In this document: positions 11,081 through 23,039 of the stretch, in pieces
How positions within the stretch are numbered: position 1 is the first letter of the stretch
Layout of the letters: each line of letters starts with the position of its first letter
NCBI RefSeq assembly: GCF_001194135.2
Contig: NC_068983.1
Coordinates: 110,098,079-110,162,078 of the forward strand
Length of the DNA stretch: 64,000 bases
Reading direction: 5' to 3'
DNA from: Octopus bimaculoides
Lineage: Eukaryota
Program-made: the position numbers and the translations under genes
Notes under the pieces: model-generated
What the model was told of the DNA's origin: nothing
Databases searched by the model: none
The model's input: only the letters and a program-made list of their open reading frames with translations

Positions 11081-12981
11081 ATTGATAATCTATCAATAAT
11101 TTATCAGGAACTGCAAGAGAAGACACAAAAATCTGAGCATGGCATGGGTTGACTATCGTAAAGCATACGATGTGATACCACACTCCTGGATAATAAGAAC
11201 TATGGAAATGTATAGAGTAGCAGAAGAGATGAGAAACCTGATATGGAGCAGTATAAAATGTTGAAGAACTGAATTGACAGAAGGGAATCAAGTATTAGGA
11301 GGAGTGAATATCAAGAGAGGAATCTTCCGGGGTGACATTGAGTCCCCACTGATCTTTGTGCCGGGAATAATCCCCTTGAGTGAAATACTACAGAAAACGA
11401 AGCTGGGATACATTCTGGGAAGAGGTAAGGGAAAACTGAACCATTTGTTACTCACGGTCGACTTGAAGTTATTTACAAAAAGCAATCCGAACTGGACAGC
11501 CTAGTCCAGTCTGTGCAGATTTTCTTCACCGATATTAAGATGGAGGTTAGGCTCTCAAAATGTGCTACGATGGTGATGAGACAAGGAAAGCTTGTCAGGA
11601 TAGAGGGCATATGGTTGCTAAGTGATGAAATGATGAAGGCAGTTCAACCTCATTTTAGCTATAAATATCTGGGATAGACTTGAGGCAGATGGAATTATGA
11701 AGGAAAAAGCAAAAATAGAAGGCCCACGGAGAGTGAGAAAAATATTGATTTCAAAGCTGAATGTCAGAAACATAATTTCGGCAATAAACTCGCACGCAGT
11801 CACAGTTGTTCGGTGAGGCGCTGGAATTCTGAAGTGGACAGAGGAGGAGCTAAAGGAGATGGACAAGAAGTCAAGAAAGTTCCTAGCGATGCATGGAGCC
11901 CATCATCCACGTGCAGACACTGATCGCCTATACATGAAGAGAGCAAATGGAGGAAGGGGAATAATAAGTGTGGAAGACTGCGTGAGTATCGAACTCGAAA
12001 GCTTAATGAGGTACTTAGCCCAAAGTAAAGAAACCTTGCCAGTGACAGTTAGGAACGAGGGTGTATTGAGAGCATAGTAAAAATGGAAAGCAAAAGAAAA
12101 AATACAAAAAGGATATGAAGAAGAATTACGCAAGAAAGGATTATACAATCAATTCCGTGTAGCCACCACAGAAGTTGGAAAAAATAGGTGGAATTGGCTA
12201 ATGAAAGGAGCCCTACAAAAACAGACCGAGAGCACTCTATTGGCTGCTGCGCAAGACCAAGCTCTGGCCACGAACTGGAGGGTCAACCTGAGGAATGAGC
12301 AGGTGTCTCCACTGGGCCACATCTGCAATAGAGTGGATGAAACCATTTCCCATATCACAAACGAATGTCCTTGACTTGCCCCAAACCACTACAAATTGTG
12401 TCAACACAACCAGGTATCGAAAGTGCTACACTGGCAACTATGCGAAAAGTGAGGGCTTGAGAGAGGCAAGACCTGGTATAAGTACAAACCGCAGAGAGTG
12501 GCAGAGTCAGAGACTAGCAAAATCCTCTGGGATTTCCCAATTCAAACAGATCAGGTGCTAGAGCATAACAGACCGGACCTAGTGATGGTGGAGAAGGAGC
12601 ACCACATATGCTATGTAGTTGACGTTGCATGCCCATTTGCTCCACGAATAGTCAAGAGGGAAGGCGATAAGATAGATACAACCCTCTTAAATACGAAATA
12701 GCCTGGCTATGGAAAATGCAGAAGAAGAAGATAGTGCCAGTTATTGTTGAGTCCTTGGGACCAGTATCAGAAGGCGTCAAGAGTAATATAAAGGGAATTG
12801 GAATAGAGTGCCCAGTAGAACTGTTACTAAACGTTTGCCTCCTCGGTAAGGCCAGAATAATCAGGAAAGTATTAGATAACTGAAAAGAACGAATAGCAAG
12901 GTACCGTAGGCTGCAGGTAGTAATCCTGCTACTACGCATGCAAGTCTCCAGTAGCTCCAATAAAAACTTTGATAAAGAGAA

Positions 12982-12983
<2 letters not shown>
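11081..12983 (+). mobile_element. R4/Dong-clade LINE, 5'-truncated, RT to 3'UTR, pseudogenised
   Basis: RNCKRRHKNLSMAWVDYRKAYDVIPHSW, IKRGIFRGDIESPLIF, LNHLLLTVDLKLF (decayed F/Y-x-DD), AMHGAHHPRADTDRLYMKRANGGRG, ILWDFPIQTDQVLEHNRPDLVMVEK..VVDVACPF, LLGKARIIRKVLDN*. Followed by a 3'UTR and an (AAT)n tail. Confidence 0.92.

Positions 12984-13043
<60 letters not shown>
12984..13043. repeat. (AAT)n array
   Basis: About 20 perfect units. Confidence 0.97.
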
Positions 13044-13044
<1 letters not shown>

Positions 13045-13403
13045 CGGTACCCTACGAAAACGATGACCGTCAAAATAAAGGGCCGGACGTTGTTCCTCAT
13101 GTCCCGCAAACAAAACCAAAACGGCATAAATGGACACGTGAGGAACACATTTCGATCCTACACGCCTATTTCACAGCAGTACTCTACCCAAAAAACGAAA
13201 ACGCAACAACACATACATATACTTACAAATATATATAACATACAGAAAATTGCACTACTGGGTACTGCACACATTCTACGCAAAACACTTTCAATACAGT
13301 AAACATAAGAGCACCACAGCAAACCACAGCACATACCCAAGGCGCACAGAGCTGCGCTCGGTAGTGAAGTGAAAGCACGTTATAAAAATAAAACTACTGA
13401 ACG
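13044..13403 (+). mobile_element. Short Dong derivative: N-terminal ORF piece fused to the extreme C-terminus and 3'UTR
   Basis: PVPYENDDRQNKGPDVVPHVPQTKPKRHKWTREEHISILHAY (KWTREE-type N-terminal motif) joined at ~13221 to LTNIYNIQKIALLGTAHILRKTLSIQ* plus 3'UTR. (AAT)n on both sides (right tail 13404-13420). Confidence 0.7.
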
Positions 13404-14683
13404 ATAATAATAATAATAATAGGATGGATTGTCAGCAAAAACAGGTGGTCGAAGTAATACTCAGCAAAAGCAGCGAATTATTGGGGATATGCAACAAAAG
13501 TACTTCCTACTTCACTGCAACGATAAATATTCATTATTAACGATAAAATAATAATAAGAAAAAAAACGAAAAAAACAAAAACAAAAAATAACCAATAAAT
13601 AATGGAAACGTTGAAGAAATCTTTTAAGAAAGAAATTGTCATTAATATAATGGAATTGCTTTTTGTCCTTATAAGTATTCTTATGAAAGTTTGTGTCCTA
13701 TTGACGAATAAGTTTAATTACTTACTACCTGTTCAATTTATTTACACTTCCACTCGAAAAATCAACGGATACAAGCGAAACTATATTGATTGACCCAAAG
13801 GTAAATGAAAATGAATAATTTGAATGAATGAATATAAAGTACGGAAATGGAGCTTGCAAAATACTGTATCGCCAGAAACAAAGCCAATAACCGTAGAAAC
13901 GGTTTCTATATAGATAAATAAGAATAGCTTATACCCTATCGCAAATAAGAGTGTAAATGTTTACATGAACACAAGAGAAATACCTTTTTATGCTTGATGG
14001 CATATTTTATAGTGGCAGTTTACTCCACCAAGAGGCCAATATGGTATACACAAATGATATATGGATAGGAAATATTCCAGATCCAAAAATAACTTAAGAT
14101 TCCCAACGACTAGCTAATTAAATACGTATTCTCATAATTAACTCTCATTCAGAAATAGAAATAGAGCATTTAAAATTATGAAAACATAACAAAAATATGA
14201 ACAATTATAAAATACAAACAACGCAAGGAAAAACATTAAAGTTAGAAACATTATGAATGTGAACCACGAAGATAGACATGTAGCATGGAAAACAATTAAA
14301 ACAAACAAAAAAATAAATATATAAAACTCATTAATAATCGTAACATACAATATGTTAAGATTACTGACTCCTCAAAGTCGAATCAGATCAATTCAAACGA
14401 GAATATGAATACATCATATAGGAAAACATTTAAGATTATAACACTGTACAGATAGGAACACTGGTTATGGTAATAATTTAAAGGTGATACAGAAGAACAG
14501 AAAATAACGTAAAAGGTTTGTTAATCTTTAATGAAATCAAATGTAGAAAGAGCTAAAAAAAGAAAAGGAAAAACTAGAAAAAGATCAACAAGCAAAACAT
14601 AATTACTGTAGGAATAAAACATAACGGAAAGGGAATTACTAAGCTATTCTTCGAAACGGTATACTTACTAACACAGTATTCTA

Positions 14684-15973
14684 TAAGGTCCTCAAGTATG
14701 AAATTTGTAGAAAAGAAAAAAAGTTTGCTAATGTTTTATAAATACAAGAAATAATTTTATTCATCACACTACGCATTTTGCCATTTCAGCTGTAGCTTGT
14801 CCAGCCCGGAACTGTAAAAGCCTGGCGATCTAGAGTCACTAAAATCTTGGAAGGCCTGTTTTACAGCATCGTCGGAATTAAATTTTTTCTATCAAAAATT
14901 TATTCAAATTCTGGAAGAAGTGATAGTCAGTGGGGGCAAGATCAGGTGAATATGGTTGATGATGGAGAACTTCCAACTCCAACTCCTGTAGTTTCACCAA
15001 TGTCATTTTTGCGAGTTGTAGTCCGGCGTTGTCTTGCAATAAAATAGGAGTGGATCTGTTGACTAATCTAGGCTGTTTTTCGTAAGTTTCTACATCATTT
15101 AGTTCAGTTAGCTGAAGTATACTTTGCCCGTGATTCATGAGGCAGGTTTAATGAAATCCTAATGGATCACACCAGCACCAGACCACCAAACACACACAAT
15201 CAGCTTCTTTTGATGAATTTTGCGTTTTCGACTGTGTTTTGGTGGCTTGTCTTTGTCCGGCCATTGTGATAAACGTTTACAGTTGTATTGAATCCATTTC
15301 TCATCACATGTTACATTTCGATTAAAAAATTATTCGTTTTTGTGACGAGAAAGTAGCATAATGCAGGTTTCCAAACGTTACTGGTTCTGATTTTCCTTCA
15401 GTTCATGTGGAACCCACTTATCCAACCTTTTCACTTTACCGATTTGAACTAGGTGAGTAATAATGTTTCCTTGCTAACATCAAACAACAACAATTCACGG
15501 GCACTTTGAGATGGATCTCACTCGACGTTGGGCTTCAGTTCGTCATTATTCACCTTTGCTTCTGGTCGACCACGTTGCTCATGTGTGAGGTCAATGTTGC
15601 CAAAACAAAATTTTGCAAACCAATTTGATGCTATCTGCTGTATAATAACATTAGAATGAAATACTATCTGCTGTATAATAACATTAGAATGCAATACTTC
15701 CGAGCTCTCTGTGATACTGTATTTCCAAGAAAGAACTCATATTTCAAAAATGTACGAATTTCCGACTTATCCATCTCTAAACAAAAATAGCAAAAAAAAA
15801 AAACAAACTATTTATAAAGACTTTATAAAGCAAAAAATGAGTTAGAAAAAAAAAATGATGTGTCAGCTTTCTAACAAAAAATAAAGATTGTCAAAATATA
15901 ATAATGACGCAAAATGTGCAGCTGTCAAAGTTTACCATATACCTTACTACAAATTTCATACTTGTCGACCTAA
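14684..15973 (-). mobile_element. Full-length mariner with 27-bp TIRs and TA target duplication, pseudogenised
   Basis: Left TIR taaggtcctcaagtatgaaatttgtag (14684-14710). Right TIR reverse complement ttaggtcgacaagtatgaaatttgtag (15947-15973). TA on both flanks. Transposase from ATG 15774: MDKSEIRTFLKYEF..RGRP..KWVPHELK..LLQDNA..PYSPDLAPTDYHFF. Confidence 0.95.
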
Positions 15974-16239
15974 TATCAAATTCAGATGCTGAAAATAAAG
16001 TGTTGAAAAAGACCCTGTGCAAGGATAAAAGCTGCAGAAAATTGATAAAGTACAGCGTACGCAAATGAAATAGTAAGTAGTAAGTTGGGCAACATTCTGA
16101 TGAACTGTCTAATAAAAAAGGTCAAAATAATAAATAAATAAATAAATATGCAATCTCAGTCATAAACCATTGTTTCATCATGAATTGGAAGTTAAGTAAA
16201 TTGAAAACAATGTAGTAAATCTAGAAACCTGGAAAATCC

Positions 16240-17070
16240 AGATTTGTCTATGATTTTGCTACAGACGGCGAAAACATATGCCAAACCATACATCAAAATT
16301 GAAAAGACCTTGATTTTCTTGTTCAAGCAGTAAGAAAAATTAGCAAGATTACTGGCATACAGTTTGCGGTGAACACGTGCAGTATTATGAAGAAAAGTTG
16401 GGCGATTAAGTCCGATGGTTTAAACAAGTCGTAAGATAGTATCATTATAACATTGAAAGAGAATAAAGGATACAAGTACCTAGAGGTTCGGAGGACGATA
16501 AGATAATTGAAAGGAAAATGAACAAGAAAGTCTCAAATGAGTATAACAGAAAAGATAGGAAGAACACTTACTGGGAAGTAACGCCGTTAAAGCAATCAAC
16601 ACATGACATATGCCTATGTTGAGGTACACTGCTTCTGTATTAATGTGGATAAGTGGAAAGCTACAGGAATTAAAGTGGGCGAAGAAGTAGCTGTTGTTAG
16701 AATATAAAAAAAAATACTGAATCAGTGAAACATTTCAAGAATACAAAGAACGATTAAACAAACAACTAGAAACAGAAAGAAGCACGTGGTTAATTCATGC
16801 AACAGAGTTAGAACGCTAGAAGTGAAGAAAGCTGGTTCGGTGTTTGAGATAGAAACTTGAATCAAGAAGATGGGTCACGAATTATAACCACCGAGAAACA
16901 AACCATTGGAACGAATTTAGCAAAGATAAATATTGATAACTAGGTCAGCCAGTTAACAAAGAAAATGCGAGAAAGAGATCGAGAGCCATCTTCTAATTGA
17001 ATGCAATACACTGCCACAAAAATAACTTATACACAGGCATAAAAGTACTGGTAAAAAGTGCATTATAATA
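16240..17070 (+). mobile_element. Old degenerate R4/Dong fragment (RT C-terminus to knuckle)
   Basis: KTYAK..LVQAVRK, GYKYLEV, AVKAINT*HMPMLRYTAS, ESHLLIECNTLPQK..HRH. Confidence 0.6.
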
Positions 17071-17083
17071 TCAGTCAAATCTG

Positions 17084-17328
17084 AACAACCCTTATCCACG
17101 GACCTTTTGATTGGTATAGTCTGCTCAACCTGAAGAAAATTGAAAGTGGGCCCCCACCTGCAAGGTCATGAGCTGTTTATCTTGATATGGGAATACCATG
17201 TCGCGCACATATCGTTGTGATGCATGTAACTGGTGTACCCTTATCAAACGGGTAGTCATTGTGGGCATAATGAGATTCGTATATTTTACCCCAGTGTCAT
17301 TTTGATGGCATGCACTGTTCTCTCATTC
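17084..17328 (+). mobile_element. Non-coding AAT-tailed dispersed repeat (5'-truncated copy)
   Basis: Alignable to the 3' half of 18668-19138; ends ...gcatgcactgttctctcattc(AAT)n. Confidence 0.8.

Positions 17329-17394
<66 letters not shown>
17329..17394. repeat. (AAT)22 array
   Basis: Direct reading. Confidence 0.97.
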
Positions 17395-17395
<1 letters not shown>

Positions 17396-17537
17396 GGCAC
17401 TGCACACATCCTACGCAAAACACTTTCAATACAGTAACCATAAGAGCATCACAGCAAACCACAGCACATACCCAAGGCACACAGAGCTGCACTCGGTAGT
17501 GAAGTGAAAGCACGTTATAAAAATAAAACTACTGAAC
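17395..17537 (+). mobile_element. Dong 3' end (GTAHILRKTLSIQ* plus 3'UTR), severely 5'-truncated
   Basis: About 7 substitutions versus 13262-13403 over ~142 bp (hand count); flanked by AAT on both sides. Confidence 0.88.
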
Positions 17538-17549
17538 AATAATAATAAT

Positions 17550-18000
17550 ACTTGTGTGCTAATAGATGTAAGTATTTCCACTGATAAAAATATATCTGTA
17601 AATGAATTAGACAAATTAAGCAAATAGAAGGACCTGGAAACTGAAATACAAAAGATGTGGCATCTCAAAGAAAGAACTGCTCCTGTTATCGTAGGTGTTC
17701 TAGGTGTAATGAAAAGTGGATGTCAGAAACAATTAGATAATATCTCAGGAGAACCATGTCTCAGAGAAATCCCAAGGATTGTGCTGATAAATACTGCCCA
17801 CATCCTTAGAAAAATCCTATCAATTTAAACGTCTAAATTTTTTTGCATGAAGATACTTCGCTACCACCTGCTACTTCCCTTCCCCAAGCTTTCCGTCATA
17901 CTGTAACATCACTTATCCTTCACTCGCCCTAGGACGCTTGTAGTGTCTCGGTAAGTGATTGTAACAAACATGCAGATTAAAAGTAAATAGCAATAATAAT
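17550..18000 (+). mobile_element. Dong-like 3' end, second subfamily
   Basis: TCVLIDVSISTDKNISVNELDKLSK*KDLETEIQKMW..PVIVGVLG..NTAHILRKILSI*, then a 3'UTR ending in caataataat. Confidence 0.85.
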
Positions 18001-18059
18001 ATGTACTATATAGTTCATATAGCTTGCCCTTTTGACCCACAAATAGTCAAGGAAGAGGG

Positions 18060-18335
18060 TGAAAACAAGAGGTAGGTACGAAATGGCTCGGCTATGGAAA
18101 ATGAAGAAGGTGAAGATAATTACAAATATTGTTGGCTCCTTCTGGAATCATGTGGAATATAAAGGAAATCGAAATAGAGTTACCAGTGGGACTGTTACGA
18201 AAGATTTGCTTCCTTGTTACGGCCAGAATAATCAGGAATGTATTAGATGACTGAAAAGAACGGTTAGCATGGTGCCCTAAGGCTGCAGGCAATAAGCCTG
18301 CTACGCATGCAAGATTCCAGGAGTTCCCACAAAAC

Positions 18336-18342
<7 letters not shown>
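18060..18342 (+). mobile_element. Dong-like 3' end, same subfamily as 11081-12983
   Basis: EMARLWKMKKVKI...ARIIRNVLDD*. 3'UTR (aaagaacg..ggctgcagg..ctacgcatgcaag..ccag) aligns with 12885-12960. (AAT)n tail follows. Confidence 0.85.

Positions 18343-18423
<81 letters not shown>
18343..18423. repeat. (AAT)n array running into an assembly gap (N 18424-18667)
   Basis: Direct reading. Confidence 0.97.
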
Positions 18424-18667
18424 NNNNNNNNNNNNNNNNNNNNNNNNNNNNNNNNNNNNNNNNNNNNNNNNNNNNNNNNNNNNNNNNNNNNNNNNNNNNN
18501 NNNNNNNNNNNNNNNNNNNNNNNNNNNNNNNNNNNNNNNNNNNNNNNNNNNNNNNNNNNNNNNNNNNNNNNNNNNNNNNNNNNNNNNNNNNNNNNNNNNN
18601 NNNNNNNNNNNNNNNNNNNNNNNNNNNNNNNNNNNNNNNNNNNNNNNNNNNNNNNNNNNNNNNNNNN

Positions 18668-19138
18668 TGGTATAAAAGATGGGCTACAACAAATATTCTG
18701 CTTAATACCACAGATTTGCTTGTCAGTTGTTTGACCTTAACCAGTTGAGCATGTCCCTTGGTGGCTGTCGATATGTGCATCTCTGATCACGAGCAGAAGT
18801 AGTGGGGGACCATCATAGCCATGTGTTGAGAGGAATTCTTTGGGGTTTGAATAATTCACCTTTGGAAACATAGGTGTTTTGCTCAACATCCTTAAACAAA
18901 CCTTATTCAGGGACCTTTTGAGTGGGATGGGCTACTCGACTTGAAGAAAATTCTAACTGGGCCCCACCTGCGAGGTCATGTGCTGTTTATCTTGATATGA
19001 GATGACCATGTCGCGCACATATGGTTGTGATGCATGTGCCTGGTGTACCATTATCAGACGGGTAGTCAAGATGGTAATAATGGGCTTCGTATATTTTTCC
19101 CCAGTGTCACTTTGGTGGCATGCACTGCTATCTCACTC
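18668..19138 (+). mobile_element. Non-coding AAT-tailed dispersed repeat (at least 470 bp; 5' end lost in gap)
   Basis: Second copy at 17084-17328. No TE-like ORF seen. Ends ...gcatgcactgctatctcactc followed by (AAT)n at 19139-19190. Confidence 0.8.
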
Positions 19139-19179
<41 letters not shown>

Positions 19180-19859
19180 TAATAATGCATCAGCAACAAT
19201 AACAACAACAATTAAAATGATAATGATGATAATGAAGATGATGAAGATGATTTCTTTTGTTAATATAAAATGAATGAACCACAACACTATTATGGTTCTT
19301 GAATTCAAAGATTGCATTTACTTAAAAATTCATATTGCTCAGTTTATTAACTATTTTATTTACTTAGTTTTGTTTGTAATCTATGCAAAAAATAAAAGTG
19401 CCAAGCATTAAAACAATTACAACAATACAATCTATATAATAATGCAAATGTTTTCTTTTCGTTGAATTTCTATAGGATCTTTATGATCTAAAGAACGGAC
19501 CAAGTATTATAATGCATAATGATTGCATAATTACTAGATCAGTTGTCACTCATGCGATTTTGTAAATGAAACCAACAAAGAGTTTTTTGAAAGTTATACA
19601 ATTCTTGAAACAAAGCAATAAACAAAGATTAATATTCCCAGAAAAATAACAGTATGGCAATGAAACATTAAATTCTTACCCATGACTAAATTATACTGAA
19701 ATTAAATGTATAATTAACATAAAAGCCATTCTCTTCGGTTATAAAAATCTTTGACTTTATTGTCGGATTACCTTTTACTTAACATCGCGAACCTAACTGT
19801 CATCACTGTTGTTGCTATTGCTTCCTGTACTACTTGCAGATTGCTACTGTTACATCAAC

Positions 19860-19972
19860 ATTATCCTCATTGCCACTTACTACCACCACCACCACTACCG
19901 CCTAATGCCTACAACAACAACAACAACAACAACAACAACAGTAACTTACAACAGCCATTACTGCTATTAATG

Positions 19973-20028
<56 letters not shown>

Positions 20029-20090
20029 GCTACTGCTATTGCTGCTGCACTTGCTGCTTCCGCTGCACCTGCTGCTGCTGTTGCCTTTGA
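19860..20090. repeat. Compound trinucleotide microsatellite (CAC/CAA/CTA/CTG)
   Basis: Direct reading. Confidence 0.95.
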
Positions 20091-20449
20091 ATTGCATTTT
20101 CTCCCAGTTAACGTGTCCATTTCAAGAATCATTCACCTGAATGGTAGATTATCGACTGGATAATCTGATAATCTACCATTGTTTTGTGAATGTCTAAAAA
20201 CTTATACGTTCACGTGCGGGCCGGGTCGATAAGCATCAGTAACCAAAGAAGTTCACTATCCGTATTGTGTGAGAGCGAGGAAGGAGTTTAGCCATGGGTG
20301 CTATGCATCGTTGTGTTCATAGGAACTTAGGCGAATATATGTATACGCATGTGAATGTGTGTGTGTGTGCACGAGTGTGTATGTATGCACATCTCTATGT
20401 ATGCGGATGCTTAATTTCGATATAGTATGTGTGAGCATGAACAGTTATT

Positions 20450-20660
20450 GATTTCAAATTTTTGCACAAGGCCTGTAATTTCTGGAGCGGGGATAAGTCA
20501 ATTACATCGTGGTCAGTGTTCAACTGGTACTTACATTATCGACCTCGAAAGATGAATGGCAAAGTCGACCTTGGCGGAATTTGAACTCAGAACGCGAAGA
20601 CGGACGAAATGCCGCCAAGCATTTTATCCGGCGTGTTAACTATTCTGCAAGCTCGCCACT
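20450..20660 (-). mobile_element. Deu/Nin-like tRNA-derived SINE
   Basis: Reverse complement of the 49380 family, including the B-box and GTCGAC domain. Confidence 0.88.
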
Positions 20661-20928
20661 TTAGTGTGAGTAATTATTGGCACACAAGATGGTTAATGCT
20701 TGCAAGTGAGAGGGCGAGAGTTTCGCGGTACACTATTTGTTACTCACTACAGGCAACGGAATTTCTTACGAGTACGCTATATTTGGTTGGTTGGAGCTGC
20801 TTATTCGGAATTATATTATAAATCTATCAATAAATGGACCAATACACACTTTACCACTGATCGATGATTGTGGCTGTTTGTACTACAGTTGGTATTTTTG
20901 TTATTATTATTGCCATTGTTATTGCCGT

Positions 20929-21221
20929 TGGGTGGCGCATAGACTAGAGGCAAGAGTGTTGCACTCACGAGATAGTGAGTTCAAATCCTAGACCGAATGG
21001 TGCGTTGTGTCTTTGAGTAAAACACTTAATCTCATGTTGCTCAGTGATCACATCGACACGTGATGCATGGTACACCGTGCAACTATTCTGGCAACGACCA
21101 TTTGATGGAGAGAGTGTGCTAATGTACAACACATACATTTGATCCACCATAAGCAAATCATTTGTGCAGGTTGTTCAGCAACAAGCTGAACGCTCATACG
21201 TCGTCTTCGACGGGAGAGTCC
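20929..21221 (+). mobile_element. tRNA-derived SINE of a further family
   Basis: Decayed tRNA head with B-box GAGTTCAAATCC followed by CGTTGTGTCTTTGAGTAAAACACTT, resembling the GTTGTGTCCTTGRGCAAGRCACTT segment common downstream of SINE heads. Confidence 0.7.
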
Positions 21222-21749
21222 ATTATTGTCACTAGGGCTTCTATCGTGGTTATTGTAGTTGTCCTCACCATTGTGTCTGCTGCTTTATAGGGTTATCACC
21301 CTGCTCTCTGTTGAATGTATATATATACGTATGGGGACAGTTGTGAGACGGTACGAATGTGTATCTGTATCTGCCTGTATGTGTATATAATGGAGTGACC
21401 TCCTCTACAACCCCAACAATATATCGACCTTTCCTATCTCTTTACTCCTTTATGCTACACTTCACTTTGTATTCCACCAATCCATTCATGAGTTAGACAA
21501 ATTGCATAACGTGATATAAACTATAGTTTGTATTCTTTGCGAAAACATTGATCAGATAGTTGACTATATTTTCTGCATTTCGTTAATAATATTATGGGGT
21601 ACGTATTCTGCACGCTAGCCTATCCTGTAGTTTGCTGCTGCCCTTCGTCTAATAGCATTCGATACATACGTGGAGTGTATAACTTTTTACAGAGCCTTAA
21701 TTTACGTGTCACGCCTTCCAGTGCATATATATTTGTGTATATGTGCTAA

Positions 21750-22405
21750 CACACACACACACACACACACACATACACACAAACATACGTACACACACAC
21801 ATATACATACGTACACAAACACACACATATATATATATACATATACATATATATGTATACATATATTTACATATATATATGTATATACATATATATGTGC
21901 ATGTATATGTGTANNNNNNNNNNNNNNNNNNNNNNNNNNNNNNNNNNNNNNNNNNNNNNNNNNNNNNNNNNNNNNNNNNNNNNNNNNNNNNNNNNNNNNN
22001 NNNNNNNNNNNNNNNNNNNNNNNNNNNNNNNNNNNNNNNNNNNNNNNNNNNNNNNNNNNNNNNNNNNNNNNNNNNNNNNNNNNNNNNNNNNNNNNNNNNN
22101 NNNNNNNNNNNNNNNNNNNNNNNNNNNNNNNNNNNNNNNNNNNNNNNNNNNNNNNNNNNNNNNNNNNNNNNNNNNNNNNNNNNNNNNNNNNNNNNNNNNN
22201 NNNNNNNNNNNNNNNNNNNNNNNNNNNNNNNNNNNNNNNNNNNNNNNNNNNNNNNNNNNNNNNNNNNNNNNNNNNNNNNNNNNNNNNNNNNNNNNNNNNN
22301 NNNNNNNNNNNNNNNNNNNNNNNNNNNNNNNNNNNNNNNNNNNNNNNNNNNNNNNNNNNNNNNNNNNNNNNNNNNNNNNNNNNNNNNNNNNNNNNNNNNN
22401 NNNNN

Positions 22406-22442
<37 letters not shown>

Positions 22443-22570
22443 CAAAATATATACACACAAAATATATACACACAATATATATATATAAATAAATGTATAT
22501 ACGTATATACACACACATATATATGTATATACATATATATTTATACGCACACACATACATTGTGTGTGCT
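21750..22570. repeat. CA/TA dinucleotide-rich tract spanning an N gap (21914-22406)
   Basis: Direct reading; source of several spurious long ORFs. Confidence 0.95.
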
Positions 22571-23039
22571 TGTGTGTGTGTATGTATATCCATATTTACA
22601 GAGACACACATGCTTTATCGAAATTAACGACTTCGGTAAAATATGGTCTGTTTTTGGCTGAATGCACGCCTGTGACTATTATTTAGGGAACGCTCTTTAC
22701 ATAGAGGTATGTAAACAAAAACGAAGATATACAGAAGAGAGATAAATATCAATATGTTATGTGTAGGGTTGTGTATGGAAATACAGGGACTATGTAATAG
22801 TAAGGCCAGTTGTTGCGGCTTGTTTGAAGAGAGAAATCAAACATGTATACCCATAACAATTTTATAATACACAGACAGACACACATACACGCATGCACAC
22901 AAACACACGTGTATATATTCATATATCTTATTCAAAAGAATTCCAACTCTGTCTGTTTTTCGTTTTATTTATATTCTTATAAAATTAATGTAGGATATAG
23001 AATATGGAATATATAGTATATATAGTAAAATGAAATGAA

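Noticed and set aside
21670-22661. ORFs of 229-300 aa (also at 42291-42865, 43890-44396, 46055-46676 and 63421-63981)
   Set aside because: They are open only because they cross N gaps and CA/TA microsatellites; no protein-like content.
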